Of a stretch of 64,000 bases of DNA, positions 24,151-37,030 are shown piece after piece (within the stretch, counting starts at the first letter, position 1; the number at the start of each line of letters is the position of its first letter). Position numbers and translations under genes: made by a program. The stretch covers positions 31,434,001-31,498,000 of the forward strand of contig NC_082719.1 of the NCBI RefSeq assembly GCF_030144855.1, given 5' to 3'. Below the pieces are notes generated by a model. The model was not told the origin of the DNA, made no database searches, and saw nothing but the letters and a program-made list of their open reading frames with translations. The stretch is from Hypanus sabinus. Lineage: Eukaryota.

Positions 24151-27100
24151 GTCTCTTAATTTAATGCACAAGCATACTTCAAACTTAGGTTCAAAATTCT
24201 ACGTTGCTGGGAATCAAAGCTGCTATACAACAGTCAGATAATATTTCAAAGAGCTAATTCACCCGTGCAGAAGAAAACTAATGAATATTGTCAGAATAAT
24301 ATTAGCTTGGAGAAAAAAATGACACAAATTTATCCCAGGTACTGTTATTGCTCTTGTGAAGCCTTTTTGGAAATCGGCCATCACTGTAATGAGAACAAAG
24401 AAGAACTTGCATAAAATCCTCCAGAAACGACCCAAGAACATTTCAGAGTTGACCCCGGGACATGAACAGAAAATGAATATAAATTGATGTTCTCTCTTCA
24501 GGATTTTTCACATCTTCCTTACATAACATCTTAATATTAATAGGATAACAAGTCCGCAAGCCAAATATAGCAGTTATGTAGATAACATTACACCAATTAA
24601 AATAATAATACTTACAGAATCTATTTTTCAACCTGCAGTGATAGTTCCTTTTTTTCCAATTAGAACTACAGCAGATGTAATGTTTCTTTATCCAATGGAA
24701 TGTGTTGAATTTCAGAATAGAGTATATGCCTGGTAGCATCACATTCATTGTTGCAGAGTGCTTTGTTTTAAAGTCAGACATGTCACAACAGCTGAGTCTG
24801 CTGAAATTCTGCAGTGCCATCTGAAACTCAGGGAAGGGTCAATCAATCACACTACTGGAACTACCATGACATGTAGCAAAGTACAGTCACTCCTATATTC
24901 TGGCAGATTAGGGTGAAGGGTGGCTGTGGGGTAGACATTTGCCCAGCTCCACTTTCTGGATGGGACTTAGCCCTGTGATACAAGCTGAGGAAAGAGACAC
25001 CATGTCATGTGATTGGTTTCAGACAAATCTGTGTGTCTGGGATAATGTGACAATGCCTTTCATAAATCCATATACGTCTCACCAAATACAAAAAAAAGCC
25101 AGTTTATCTCCCTGAACTGATTACAAATGATTTAAGCAGCACAACAGTGGTGTAATACTGATATGAGAGGACACACCTTAGTTTCACACATTCAATTGAA
25201 GGTTGTGTGGACCCCCAATGGAACCTACGTTTTGTCAATAGCTGTTTTAACAAACCAAGCCTATCATTAATACTTTTAAGGACATAATTTCTCATTTAGT
25301 CTTCCCAAGCACAGAGGCCAAGAAAGAAGACTCCAATTCATTTAACAATTGAACACACTGTTGTATAGATTGGTTGCAGGCAACACCCTTGTTGACTATC
25401 ATATGTTGTATAGTTTTATTTTCAATATGCATAACATTCACAATGCTTGTTAAAACAAAGTCACTGAACCTCTTTAAAAGCTTAGCTCCTCCTGAGAGCG
25501 GATTGATGCCTATTATGCACCTACCCATACCACTTCTCTAAAATATCATCTTCGATGTATCTGAGGAGGATCAGAATTAAGTTTGAAATTTCATAAATGT
25601 ATTATTTTCCTGAGCCAAAACCACTGGTTTTGGGAAAGTTATTCAACCCCTTGACTGTAAGAAAGCAGGGAAGTTACGTCTAATATTTACACAGCACTGC
25701 TAAAATCTCAGTTACTGCCTTTAATTCATGCATCTTTCCTTAGGCAGAATGTTATGTTCTTTAATGAAAAGTGAGTGCAGAAGGTTGTTATGGATACAAT
25801 GAAGGTTGTTATGAATACAATGCACCACCTAAAATAGCGAAGGAAGCAGATTGAAAGGCAGTTTTTTGAAGGGAGCTGGATGTACACTAGAAAATGAAAA
25901 CATTCCAAATAATTGGGAATAGAATGTGTATTGTTACTCTTATTTCTAAGACAGCATTGGCGATATTAGATGAATGTCTCCCTTACATATTCTATTACTT
26001 TAAGGGATGTTCCATAGGTCTAGCCAAATAAGTAAAGTGACTGGAAATGTGAAAAATACAAATTACTTTGGGAAAGATGATTTCATTTTTGATAAAACTG
26101 GAAACAATGAGCTACTTTGCTATTACATAGGAGCCCTCCATTTGACCTACGAAGAGATGACATCAAATTCCTAAAGTGGAAAATGATATTTTATCTTGAG
26201 AATAAACTTCTCTTGGCTTTTCAAACTTTACTGGAGCCCAGGGAAATGAGGTGCCATCTACACTTGTACAGGAAAAGTTTCTTCCATGGAAAATTCACCC
26301 AATTAAATCATTCAATATCCTTTCAGTTACTCTTTCCCCTTTCCCCTGAAACCAGCCAGTGCAATTGCAGGAAATGCAACAACTACCAGCTTTTCTTCCT
26401 TCATCCTTCTATTCAGCACCTAAATCAGGTCAAATAAAAATTAAACTGAATTCTTCAGTACTGATAATGTGATGGCTCCAAAAATTGGGTGATGACCTTG
26501 CAAAATTGGCTAAAGCATGACCCCAAACTTTTGGGTACCTGTTGCATTACTTCTGGCCTTTACACCATACACAACTTTAAAAGAAGTTCAGAATGATGCT
26601 AAAGAACAGTGTATCACCTTATGATTAGGCTGGCTGTAATTAAACAAATCACATTACTATTCCCATTTACATCTTCTCTAGTTACATCTTTTGTTTCCTT
26701 ATTATTTCCAATCCCATCATTACTTTTCCTTGTGCATTCATTGCCTTCATCACATTTGTCACTTAACTTGATGCCTTTACTATTTTTCTTAGGTTTTTGC
26801 TTCTATGATTTCTCCCTATGTCTAACTGCCTTTGAATTTATTAAAAATTGAAACATCTCCTTTTTCCCAGGTATTAAAGGTTAATGTGAATTTTGTACTG
26901 CACAATTGCTTTTTGCAGGACAAGAATTTTTGTCATCCTTTACAGGGTATACAGGAGAAGGCTCAGCTCCATGATTCTTTTCAATCAATGGCACTCAGAC
27001 TTCTTGACAAAGCCATCACAATAGAAAAAGATAATGGAGAAATTGGAGGTGCTCCAGCTGATGGGTGGTATTCTCTAAATCGTTGATCTCTTGCTTCTTC

Positions 27101-27334
27101 GCTCATTCGTCAATGAACGCAGCTAGTGAACAGAGGAAATTATGCTTCTTCCTTGTTTCACAACTGAATAGCAGCAAATCAGATAAATTCATCTGTTTAC
27201 TTTTAAAACTAGTGAACAGTAATGAGTTTAGGTGCATTACATGAACTAAGACAAGAAAAAGACAACAATGGGGCACAGGAAAAAAGGAGGATTAATGCCA
27301 TTCTTCTTCAGCAGAGGATCTAAATGATGATGAT

Positions 27335-30272
27335 GTTACTTAGAATGCTTAATACATGTGTATATGGAATAAGGTAGATGAACTTGTAGCATAGTTGCAG
27401 TTGACAAGTATGATGTTGTAGGCATTACAGAATCATGGCTGAAAGAAGATTATAGTTGGGAGCTTAATATCCAAGGATATACATTGTACTGAAAGGACAG
27501 GCAGGAAGGCAGATGGGGTGGCATGGCTGTGTTGGTAAAAAATGAAATTTAATCATTAGAAAGAGAAGACATAGGGTCATTGAGTATAGAGCATAAGGAA
27601 CTGCAAAGGTAAAAAGACTCTGATGGGAGTTATATACAGACTCACAAGGATGTGGTCTACAAGTTACAACAGGATAGAAAATTCATGCCCAAAGGGCAAT
27701 ATTACAATAGTTATGGGCAACTTCAATATGCAGGTAGATTGGGAAAATCAGGTTGGTGTAGGATTCCAAGAAGGGTAATTTCTGGAATGCCAATGAGATG
27801 GCTGTCATAAATGTGCCCACTAAGGGATCAGCTATTCTGGATTAGGTGCTGTACAATGAATCAGAACTAATTAGAGAGCTTAAGGTAAAAGAACCTTCAG
27901 GGGAAGTAGATCATAATATGAACAAATTTACCCTGAAATCTGAGAGCGAGAAGAAAAAGTTAGATGCCTCAGTATTACAGTGATGTAAAGGGAGTTACAG
28001 AGGCATGAGAGAGGAATTGGTAAGAATTGATTGGAAAAGAACACTGGCAAGGTTGATGGCAAAACAACAAAGGCTGGAAGTTCTGGAAGTAGTTTGGAAT
28101 GCACAGGATTTATACATCCTGAAGAAGAAAAAGTATTCCAAAGTCCAGATGACACAACCATGGTTAACAAAGGAAGTCAAAGCCAACATAAAAACCAAAG
28201 AAATGGCATATAATCGAGAAAAAAATAGTGGAAAGTCAGCAGACTGGGAGGTGTTTAAAAACCAACAGAAGGCACTAAAATAATCTTATTAAGAAGGCCA
28301 AGATGGAATACAAAAGTAAGCTAGCCAATAATATTATAGAGGACACCAAAAGTTTCTTCAGGTAGATAAAGTGAAAAGAAGAGTTGAGAGTGGATATCAC
28401 ATGGCTGAGAAACAGTGCTGGAGAAGTAACAGTTGGTGTGGGGGGGGGGGGAGAAACAAAATGGCAGATAAGCTGAATAAGTGTGTTCATCAGTTTTCAC
28501 TGTAGAAGGCACTAGCAGTATGGTGGAAGTTCCAGGTGTCAGGGGCATGAAATGTGTGAAGTTACCATAACTAGTGAGAAGGTTCTTGGCAAACTTAAAG
28601 GACTGAAGGTAGATTAATTAGATGGTTCACCAGTGGTGTACACTCCAGAGTTCTTAAAGAGATTGTGGCACATTAATAATGATCTTTTAAGAATCACTAG
28701 ATTCAGCAATGGTTCTGGAAGACTGGAAATTTGTAAATGTCACTCCACTCTTCAAAAAGGGAGAGAGGCAGAAGAAAGAAAATTATAGGCCAGTTAGTCA
28801 GTGATAGGGAAGATGTTGGAGTTGATAGTTAAGGATGTGGTTTTGGTTACTTTGAGGCTAAAGATAAAATAGGCCATAGTCAGCATGGTTTCCTTAAGGG
28901 AAAACCTCACCTGACAAATTTGTTGAAGTTCTTTGAGGAAATTATAAGCAGGATAGACAAAGGAGAGTCAGTCGATGTTGTGTACTTGGATTTTCAGAAA
29001 GCCTTTGATAAGGTGTCACTCTTGAGGCTGTTTAACAAGATATGAGTCCATGGTATTACATGAAAGACTATAGCATGGATAAAGCAGTGGCTGATTGACA
29101 GGAGGCAAAGTGTGGGAATAGAGGGAGCTTTTTCTGGTTGGCTGCCAGTGACTGGTGGTGTTCCATAGGGGTCTTTGTTGGGACCACTTCTTTTGATGTT
29201 ATATATCAATGATTTGGATGATGGAATCGATGGTTTTGTAGCCAAGTTTACAGATGATACAAAGATAGGCGGAGGGACAGGTAGTTTTGAGGAACTAGGG
29301 AGCCTACAGAAGGACTTAGAAGATTGGGCATTTAGCAAAGAAGTGACAAGTGGAATGCACTGTCAGGAAGTGTATGGTCATGCATTTTTGTAGAAGAAAT
29401 GAAAGGGTTGACTATTTGGACTTGGTGGAGGGCAAGTAGTTTTGAGGAAATAGGGAGGCTGCAGAGGGACTTAGACAGATTAGGAAAATAGGCAAAGGAA
29501 TGGGAGATGGAATATTGTGTAGGGAAGTGTATGATCATGTACTTTGGTAGAAGAAATGAAAGGGTTAACAATTTCCTAAATGGAGAGAAATTACTAAAGC
29601 TGAGGCACAAGGGGATTTGGGAGTCCCAGTGCAGGATCCCTAAAAGTTAATTTGCAGGTTCAGTTGTGTGAGGGAGACAAATGTGATGTTAGTATTCACC
29701 TCAAGAGGACTAGAATATGAAAGCAATGATGTAATGTTGAGACTTTATAGAGCACTTGGAGATACTGTGTGCAGTTTTTGACCCTTATCTTAGAAAGGAT
29801 GTGCTGAAACTGGAGACGGTTCAAAGGAGGTTCACAAAAATGATTCCAGGATTGAACAGCTTGTCATATGAAGAACATTTGAAGTCTCTGGGGCTGTATC
29901 ATTTGGAAATTAGAAGAATGAGGGGCGGTGAAAGTCCTTAATAGAGTGGACATGGAAAGGACGTTTCCTATGATGGAAGTGTCTAAGATCAGATGAGACA
30001 GCCTCAAAATAGAAAGAGGTACTTTTAGAATGAAAATGAAGAGGAATTTCTTTAGCCAAAGAGAAGTGGTTTTGTGGAATTTGTTGCCACAGAAAGACTT
30101 TATGTATATTTAAGGCAGAGGTTGATAGATTCTTGATTGGTTAGGGATAGGGGTTATGGGGTGGCAGGCAGAAGATAGGGGCTGAGAGGAAAAATGGATC
30201 AGCCTTGATGAAATGGTGGACCAGATTCAATGGGCTAAATGGTTTAATTCTGCTCCTATATGTTATGGTCTT
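27335..30272 (+). mobile_element. CR1 LINE, near-complete degenerate ORF2 + tail
   Basis: 'DVVGITESWLK' endonuclease; 'DVVYLDFQKAFDKV'; 'GSLLGPLLLMLYINDL...AKFTDDTKIGG' RT; CR1 C-terminus and tail CTCCTATATGTTATGGTC. Confidence 0.93.
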
Positions 30273-31424
30273 TTGATGAGCTTTGCACAATAAGGTATAC
30301 ACTGCAAATATCATCCTGAAATAACTGTGGGGTCAACACTTCTATTCTGGATTCCACAGTTATTTCAGATGGCAGATGTACTACAGTTTCCATCTATCAT
30401 TTCAGAGCAATGTCAAGGGACAACTTCAGAAAGACTTTCTGAGACTGGAGTCTTACATTCTCCATCTCATGAGACACAGGTGCCGTTCAGACTGAGCAAA
30501 GCTTCACAGAGAATATCAACATCAGTGCAACAGCAAACTGGTAACCACCATGTGCAGCAGACAAAGTGACAATACAGAAGGTCTCTCTATTGCAGTAAAA
30601 TGACAGTACTGAAGGTATCTGTAATGCAACTTATATTGGAGTTCTTTTTTTTCTTCTTGTCCTACATTAGCAGTACATGGCAAAAAATGCTGAAAAGATA
30701 ATTAAACAGTAATCAGGAGATTTAATGAGCCAGTTTAAAGAGTTAGGGACCCATCTCATTCTCAAAAAAAAAAAACAGCTATCTCTTTGATTTATGTTCC
30801 TTGGAACAGAAGATTATAGCCAAATAATAAGGCAAATAGAAAATGCTAGAAGGCTCAACGTCCCAGCACCATCTATAGGTAAAGAAATGCTTCATATGTA
30901 ACTCCTCCAGTGTGTTGAATATTAGTTGACCTGAATCTTCCACAGAAACTGCCTAACCTGTAGAATGCTTCCTGCATTTTCTACTTTTAGTTAAGCTTCC
31001 CAACATTGATATTGTTTATTTTTAGCAGATTATGGCCAAATGACTATAAGTTGCATAGTGGACCTCAGAAAAGCATTATGTGATAAAATAAATGAAACAC
31101 ATTTAAAAGATACAATAAATATTTGACAGTATTAACTCTAGAGAGTGCATTTTAGGAAATGCCTGAAAAAACTAATTCACCAGGTTCAAAAATTACATCA
31201 GATGTTTCCTTCACTCAATGTTAACAGTAAAAACAGATAAGGGATCAAAACCAACCCAAGAGAATGTACTGAAGAAATCTCGGCTGATATCTACACAGTA
31301 CTAGGAGAGAAGCTATGTTGCAAAAACTTACATATTTTTGATTAGATATTAGACAGAACCCTGCCTTATCTATTGGTTGAACAGAAAAATTCTCACAGCA
31401 CTAATTCAAGGAAGAGAAAGACAG

Positions 31425-31665
31425 AACATAGACAGCACAGCACAGTACAGGCTCTTTGGCCCACAATATTGTGCCAATCTTTTAACCTACTCCAACATAT
31501 ACTTAACCCTCACTCCTACATTGCCCATCATTTTTTTTTCAGCCATGTGTCTATCTAGAAGTTTCTTAAATGTCCCTAATATATCTGTCTCTACCACCAT
31601 TCCTAGCCGTATGTTCCACACATCTATCATTCTCTGTGTAAAACAACTGCATCTGACATCCCTCA
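31425..31665 (-). mobile_element. CR1 3' terminal fragment
   Basis: AGAACATAGA...CAGTACAGGCTCTTTGGCCCACAA, the reverse complement of the CR1 tail type. Confidence 0.7.
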
Positions 31666-33459
31666 CGAGGTTAGTCTTTATGTCCTAACAAATATTTGTT
31701 TCCCAATGATATCCCCGGGAGAATCCTAACTGTATAGCACTGTTACATAAAATTTTACTAAATGCATCAGCCTGAGGCATAGTTTCTCAAATAAACTGAT
31801 ATGTATTTGACTGATATGTTTTGAGGGTAATTGAAAATAGATAAATGTGCTTGAGGTGTGATCTGACATATCAGCATCCCTCTTCACCTACTTACTCCTC
31901 CGCCTAGTGTATATTTTAAAAGCAAGTGGAAAAATGATGCAAACTATTCATTGCCTCCAGCAAAAGTTCTATATGACAAAAAAATGAAAAGTGATCATTG
32001 CTAAAATATGCTGTCTTACTGGGAGCTTTAAGGGGAGCTTCAGCCTTTACATAATTTGCGAAATATCATAATTTGCAGCAACTGCACCGACATAGAGCAC
32101 AAAGGGTACCAGCTGCCCTCAGCACTTCATTATGTTCCTCACGATAATGTTAAGAATTGCTACATGCTGAATTCATGCCAGATCAAAAGTGGTTGCAATG
32201 TACAGCACTGGGCAAGGGATATTTGTATGGAATTGATTAGGCTTATGGCCTTCTGTCCTTATTCTATCAAAATCACTGATATTCCTTTCCACTCTCAAGG
32301 GCAAATGGTCAATGAAATGGGTAAATTAGCACAAAGCCATGTGCTACTCTAAAAAACAATTGAAAACAACTTCCTTATTCTGATGAGTAGAAAAAAAAGA
32401 AATTATCTAGAGTGAGTAATCATTTAAATTTTTTTTGAAGTTTATGCTAACCTCATGCCGTGCCCACACTCTAAACCTCAAGATAAATCTGAATAACGTA
32501 GGTAGCAATTAGTTTAAAATTGAAGGACAGCATTGCTCTGCAGACATAAGTCTGTTGGGACTCAACTGACAAGCCTAAATATAGTAGTTTTTTTTTCAAT
32601 TCTGATCAGAGAGTTATGTACTTTGGCACCAGCTTGGTTTTGTATCATTAGATATTGTTAAAGATTTAATATAAAGAAATGTAATATTGTTTTTACCAAG
32701 ATTCTATCAGTTTCTCAAATCAAACTGCCATTTCATAATAATGAACATCTTGCATCGAAAGTAAAAATAATGGAAATTAGTTTGCAATCTGTAGTTCATT
32801 AACAGTAGAAGTAACTTCTATACTGTCTTGTGTGAATATTTAATTTTGATACCAGTTATTTTTGCAACTTTTGTAAAAGAAACAAAGAATGCTAATTCTA
32901 ATGATCTAAATCTGAACTGCTGTAACTTGAGTTCCTCTTGATGAAACAGTTAACCACATAAGCACTTTGTTAGCGCTTGTATAGAATAAATCAATATTCT
33001 ATTACCAATAATCAGTTTTGTTGTTATTACTTTGTGGATGGAGAAAATAAATGTTAATTAGTTGTCAGAATATTGTGAGAACACATATGAAGAGGTAATG
33101 AACGTTCACTTTTAAAAATCACTCTACCCTTATTTTTTGAATGATTGTTTTTGGAAAATATGAACTGATTAACAGAATCAGCAATTATATTTTCCAATGA
33201 ACAACTGAGTAAACTGAAACTAAACAAAAAAATCTTGGAGAAAGCACTTAATGAAAGATATTGAATGCATTGAATGAACCCTGAGACCCAGAGATTCAAA
33301 TGAGTAGTTTCTTAAATTGTGAGTATAGGTCAATAAGAAAGAGAATTGGAATTGTAAATGTGGATGTAGATTCCAAAATTCTGCATTCATCTGTCTCACT
33401 GTATTTCACGGTTGGTCACAGTACTTTTAGATACTTAGGCCTTAAGTTCTAGAATTCTA

Positions 33460-33898
33460 GATAGAACCAAACTACAGCGCACAGTGAGGACTGCCGAGCG
33501 CATCATTGGAGCCTCCCTGCCCTCTATTGTGGACCTGTACTCTTCCAGGTTGAAGAAGAGGGCGGGGAACATCATAAAGGATTCCTTCCATCCTGCGCAC
33601 GGACTGTTTGAACTGCTTCCGTTTGGTAGGCGCTTCAGATCCCTCCAGACTAAGACTAATAGGCACTGGAGAAATTTTTTCCCTACTGCGGTCACTTTGC
33701 TGAACAGTTAACTGCCGGTTAACTGTCGGTTAACTATTACTTGGATTGCACTACTTGTATGTATAATCTACATTTTCATTTATATTTATCATTATTATTG
33801 TTATGAGCAGAGAGACAACATCTGCCGGAAGTAAATTCCTTGTTTGTGTACAGGTACTTGGTGATTAAAGTCTGATTCTGATTCTGATTATGATTATG
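33460..33898 (+). mobile_element. Young Rex/Babar LINE 3' fragment
   Basis: Uninterrupted 'AERIIGASLPSIVDLY...IIKDSFHPAHGLFELLPFGRRFRSL...LLNS*'; ATTAAA followed by a (CTGATT)n tail. Confidence 0.9.
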
Positions 33899-33992
33899 TT
33901 GAGGCACTAATCTTAAATCGGTGAGTTCTGGCTTTTGGCTCATTTTTTTTATAAAGAATGGCTTCTCGTCAACTCTGCCATCTTGACTTTCC

Positions 33993-34860
33993 AAAGATTC
34001 AAAGATTGAAAGTACATTTAATATCAAAGAATGTATAAATTATACAGTCTTGAGATTTGTTTGCTCACAGGTAGCCACAAAGCAAGAAACCCAAAATAAT
34101 GCAATTAAAAAGAAAAAAATTAAATCAAAGACCAACACCCGATATGCAAGAGAAAGAAAATACACAAATCATGCAAACCCTTGAGGTTAACAACAACATT
34201 CCAAACCAGATTGAATCCTTGGATCTGAATCCCAGAGCAGCCCAGAGTAGGCTCAATGTCTTGCTCAGCAGTTCATCGTATTAGCAGACACAGAACACAA
34301 CAACTGGGCAATCTTCCCAGCCTCAGCACCATGGAGAAAGGAGTGACCATCAAGGAAAATAAGCAAAATCACCCTGGATCCCGACACCCTGTCTTTTCAG
34401 ACTATCTGGGCCAGTGTTTAAATGGACCAAACAACAGAACAGTGAAAGTCCGGTGTCCTGGAAAGAGGAGTGAACATTGTGGAGAGTGAATGAAATTGGC
34501 TCTCGCCTCCGATCTGGGTTGGCGTTTAAATTAACTAAACAGTGGATCATATCTCACACTAGGAACCAGCTACTATGCAGGACTTGGGGCTGAGACATGC
34601 TGTCCAGTGACTCACTCCAGGCCCAGATTTCACCGCCCAGCCCGAAGCCACTCTCAAGCTCTTCAAATCAGCTCAGCACCCAGAGAGATCCGAGACAGTA
34701 GTACAGGTATCGGAACTCCATCTGCAATGATTCTGCAACACACCTTCTCGGCTCATTCCCTGAACTTGCCTCACCGTCGTTCACCCCTTCACTGTTAGCG
34801 GTGATAATTTAACATAATTTACCTCAGAAAAGGTATTTTTAGTGATGTTTTAGTCAGATT
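33993..34860 (-). mobile_element. Non-autonomous LINE-tail element (bipartite type)
   Basis: Minus-strand tail ...ATTAAATGTACTTTCAATCTTTGAATCTT, same class as the tails at ~990 and ~62950; GC-richer non-coding body. Confidence 0.5.
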
Positions 34861-35441
34861 TCTTAAATTTCTAACTTTTTTGTACCAATCTCTTCTCAAA
34901 TCTGAAGTCCCTTATCCATGCTAACTGTGAACATTTTCCATACCATTTTAGACCACAAGTAAATAAAAGTAAGAGAAAATGACTCAGCCCCTCAAACCTG
35001 CCCCAATATTCAATATCATCATGTCTGATCCATGCCATCCTCGACCCCTCTTCCATGCCAGTTTCCAATAACATTCATTTCCTTTATTGGTCAAATGTTG
35101 ATCTATCTCCAACTTAAGCAGTTCTAATGGGCCAGCCTTAGTCACTCTCAGAGATAGGGAATTCCAAAGATTAACTCTGAGGGATGAACTTTCTACTTAC
35201 CTCAGTTTTAAGTGACCAGACCCTTTTTTTATAACTTGGTCTCACTAGTGAGAACATCTCAATATTTATCCCGTCAAGCTCCCCTAGCGTCTAATATGTT
35301 TTAATAAGGTCACTGCTTATTTAGTTCTGTAATATGTCACATAAACTAGTCCTGCTGACATCTAACTAATAATTTATAAAGCTTAAGCATTATTTCTCCT
35401 CCTATTCCTGTATTTATAAACCTAACTAAGATTATTTATTT

Positions 35442-35662
35442 GGGAGCAGCACAGTAGCTTAGCAGTTGACAAATGCTGTTGAAGCACCAGTGACCTGTGT
35501 TCAGCTCCACCGCTGTCTGGAGGGAGCTTGTGAACATATTGGGCTTTCCCCCACATTACAAAGAGGTACGGGTTACTAGGTTAGTAGGTCACATGGGTTT
35601 AATTGGGCAGAGCAGGCCTGTTGGGCCAGAAGGGCCCAATACTGTGCTGGATCTCTAAATAA
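35442..35662 (+). mobile_element. tRNA-derived V-SINE (HE1-like), degenerate
   Basis: A-box-like TAGCTTAGCAG, B-box-like GTTCAGCTCC, TTTCCCCCACA V-domain remnant, CR1-like tail GGGCCAGAAGGGCC. Confidence 0.7.
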
Positions 35663-35959
35663 CTAGAAATAGAAGCACCTCTCCAACATCCAGCTGTCTT
35701 ATAACATTTGTGGATTTAGATATCAAGGTCATTCACACTTCCCATAATCACACCATTTATTTTGTGTTCTTTTCCATATTTGTCTTCTGAAAACACATCG
35801 CCTTACACTTTTCCATCTACATTTCCCCTTTTCTCCCCATTTCGACATGCTGTTAATATCATCCTGATGTCTGCAGGAATTTCTATGTCTACCGAAAAGG
35901 AAGCCGAGATTCAAGAATGCTTAATTATATATCCAAGTGTAGACATTATAAAAGAGTGA

Positions 35960-36420
35960 TAGATTCATAGAGCAGCAGGCCTTCCTGCCTAATGAATCCA
36001 CATCAACCACAGTACCCTTCCAGCCGTCCCAATTTCCTGCATTCTGTACATATCCCTCTCAGTCCTGACTGTGCACGTATCTATCCCAGTGCTTCTTAAC
36101 TGCTACATTTGTACTTGCTTCAACAACTTCCTCTGGCAGCTCATTCCATATACTCACCACCCTCGTTCCCCTCTCACCCTAAATCTACATCCCCTAATTT
36201 TTGACTCTCCTACGTTGGGGAAAAGATTGCTACCATTCACCTTATCTATGCCCCTCATGGTTTTATAAACCTTTAGGAGATCACTCTCATACTTCTCCAC
36301 TCCAAGGAATAAGGAACTAGCTCAGCCAACCTCTCCTTATAACTCAGGCCTTCTAGGCCTGGTAACATCCTTGTAAATCTTTTATGCAGTCTTTCTAGTT
36401 TTACCCCATTTTTCCTGCAA
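35960..36420 (-). mobile_element. CR1 3' fragment
   Basis: 'LERLHKRFTRMLPGLEGLSYKERLAEL'. Confidence 0.8.
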
Positions 36421-36550
36421 CAGGATGAGCAAAAAGGCAGAATGAACAGAGAAAGTACAGTGCAGGGAAACACAACGTGAAAGATCATACTGAGGTAGAT
36501 TGTGCAGCCAAGAGCTCTCTCTTTTTGTACTAGAGATCTCTTCAGTAGTA

Positions 36551-37030
36551 AATATGAGAGATTCTGTAGGGACTAGAAATCCAAAGCAACACACAAAAAT
36601 GCTGGGAGAACTCAGCAGGTCAGGCACCATCTATAGAAATGAATAAACAATCGATGGATGTTTCAGGCCAAGAACTTTCTTCAGAACCTAGAAGGAAGGG
36701 GGAAGATTCCAGAATAAAAAGGTGGGGGGGGGGGTGAGGAGGCTAGCTAGAAGGTGATAGATGAAGACAGGTAGGTGGGAAAGGTCAAAGACTGGAGAAG
36801 AAGGAATCTGATAGGAAAGAAGAGTGGGTTATAGGAGAACAGGAAGTAGAGGTGAGTGAGTGATAGGTTGGTGAGAAGACATAAAAGGTCAGAATGGGGA
36901 ATAGAGGAAAGGGGGAAGGGGATTTTTTAACCAGAAGGAGAAATTGATTTACATTCCATCAGAATGGAGGCTGCCCAAACAGATTATAAGGTGTTGCTCC
37001 TCCACCCTGAGGGTGGCCTCATCTTGACAC
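36551..37030 (-). mobile_element. PLE 3' fragment with decayed hammerhead
   Basis: Terminal repeat, purine-rich (+) tract and GIY-YIG C-terminal remnant; minus strand reads CTGAAGA...GAAAC-ATC at 36657-36684. Confidence 0.8.

Noticed and set aside
25780-25821. 21-bp tandem duplication; also short repeats at ~33707-33733 and ~53915-53948
   Set aside because: Ordinary slippage repeats with no spacer structure; not CRISPR-like.
26946-27086. Possible exon after TTTACAG (GIQEKAQLHDSF...)
   Set aside because: No recognisable protein similarity or convincing donor site; equally consistent with non-coding sequence.
35442-35520. tRNA gene
   Set aside because: Degenerate A/B boxes run directly into a SINE body and tail; no cloverleaf.
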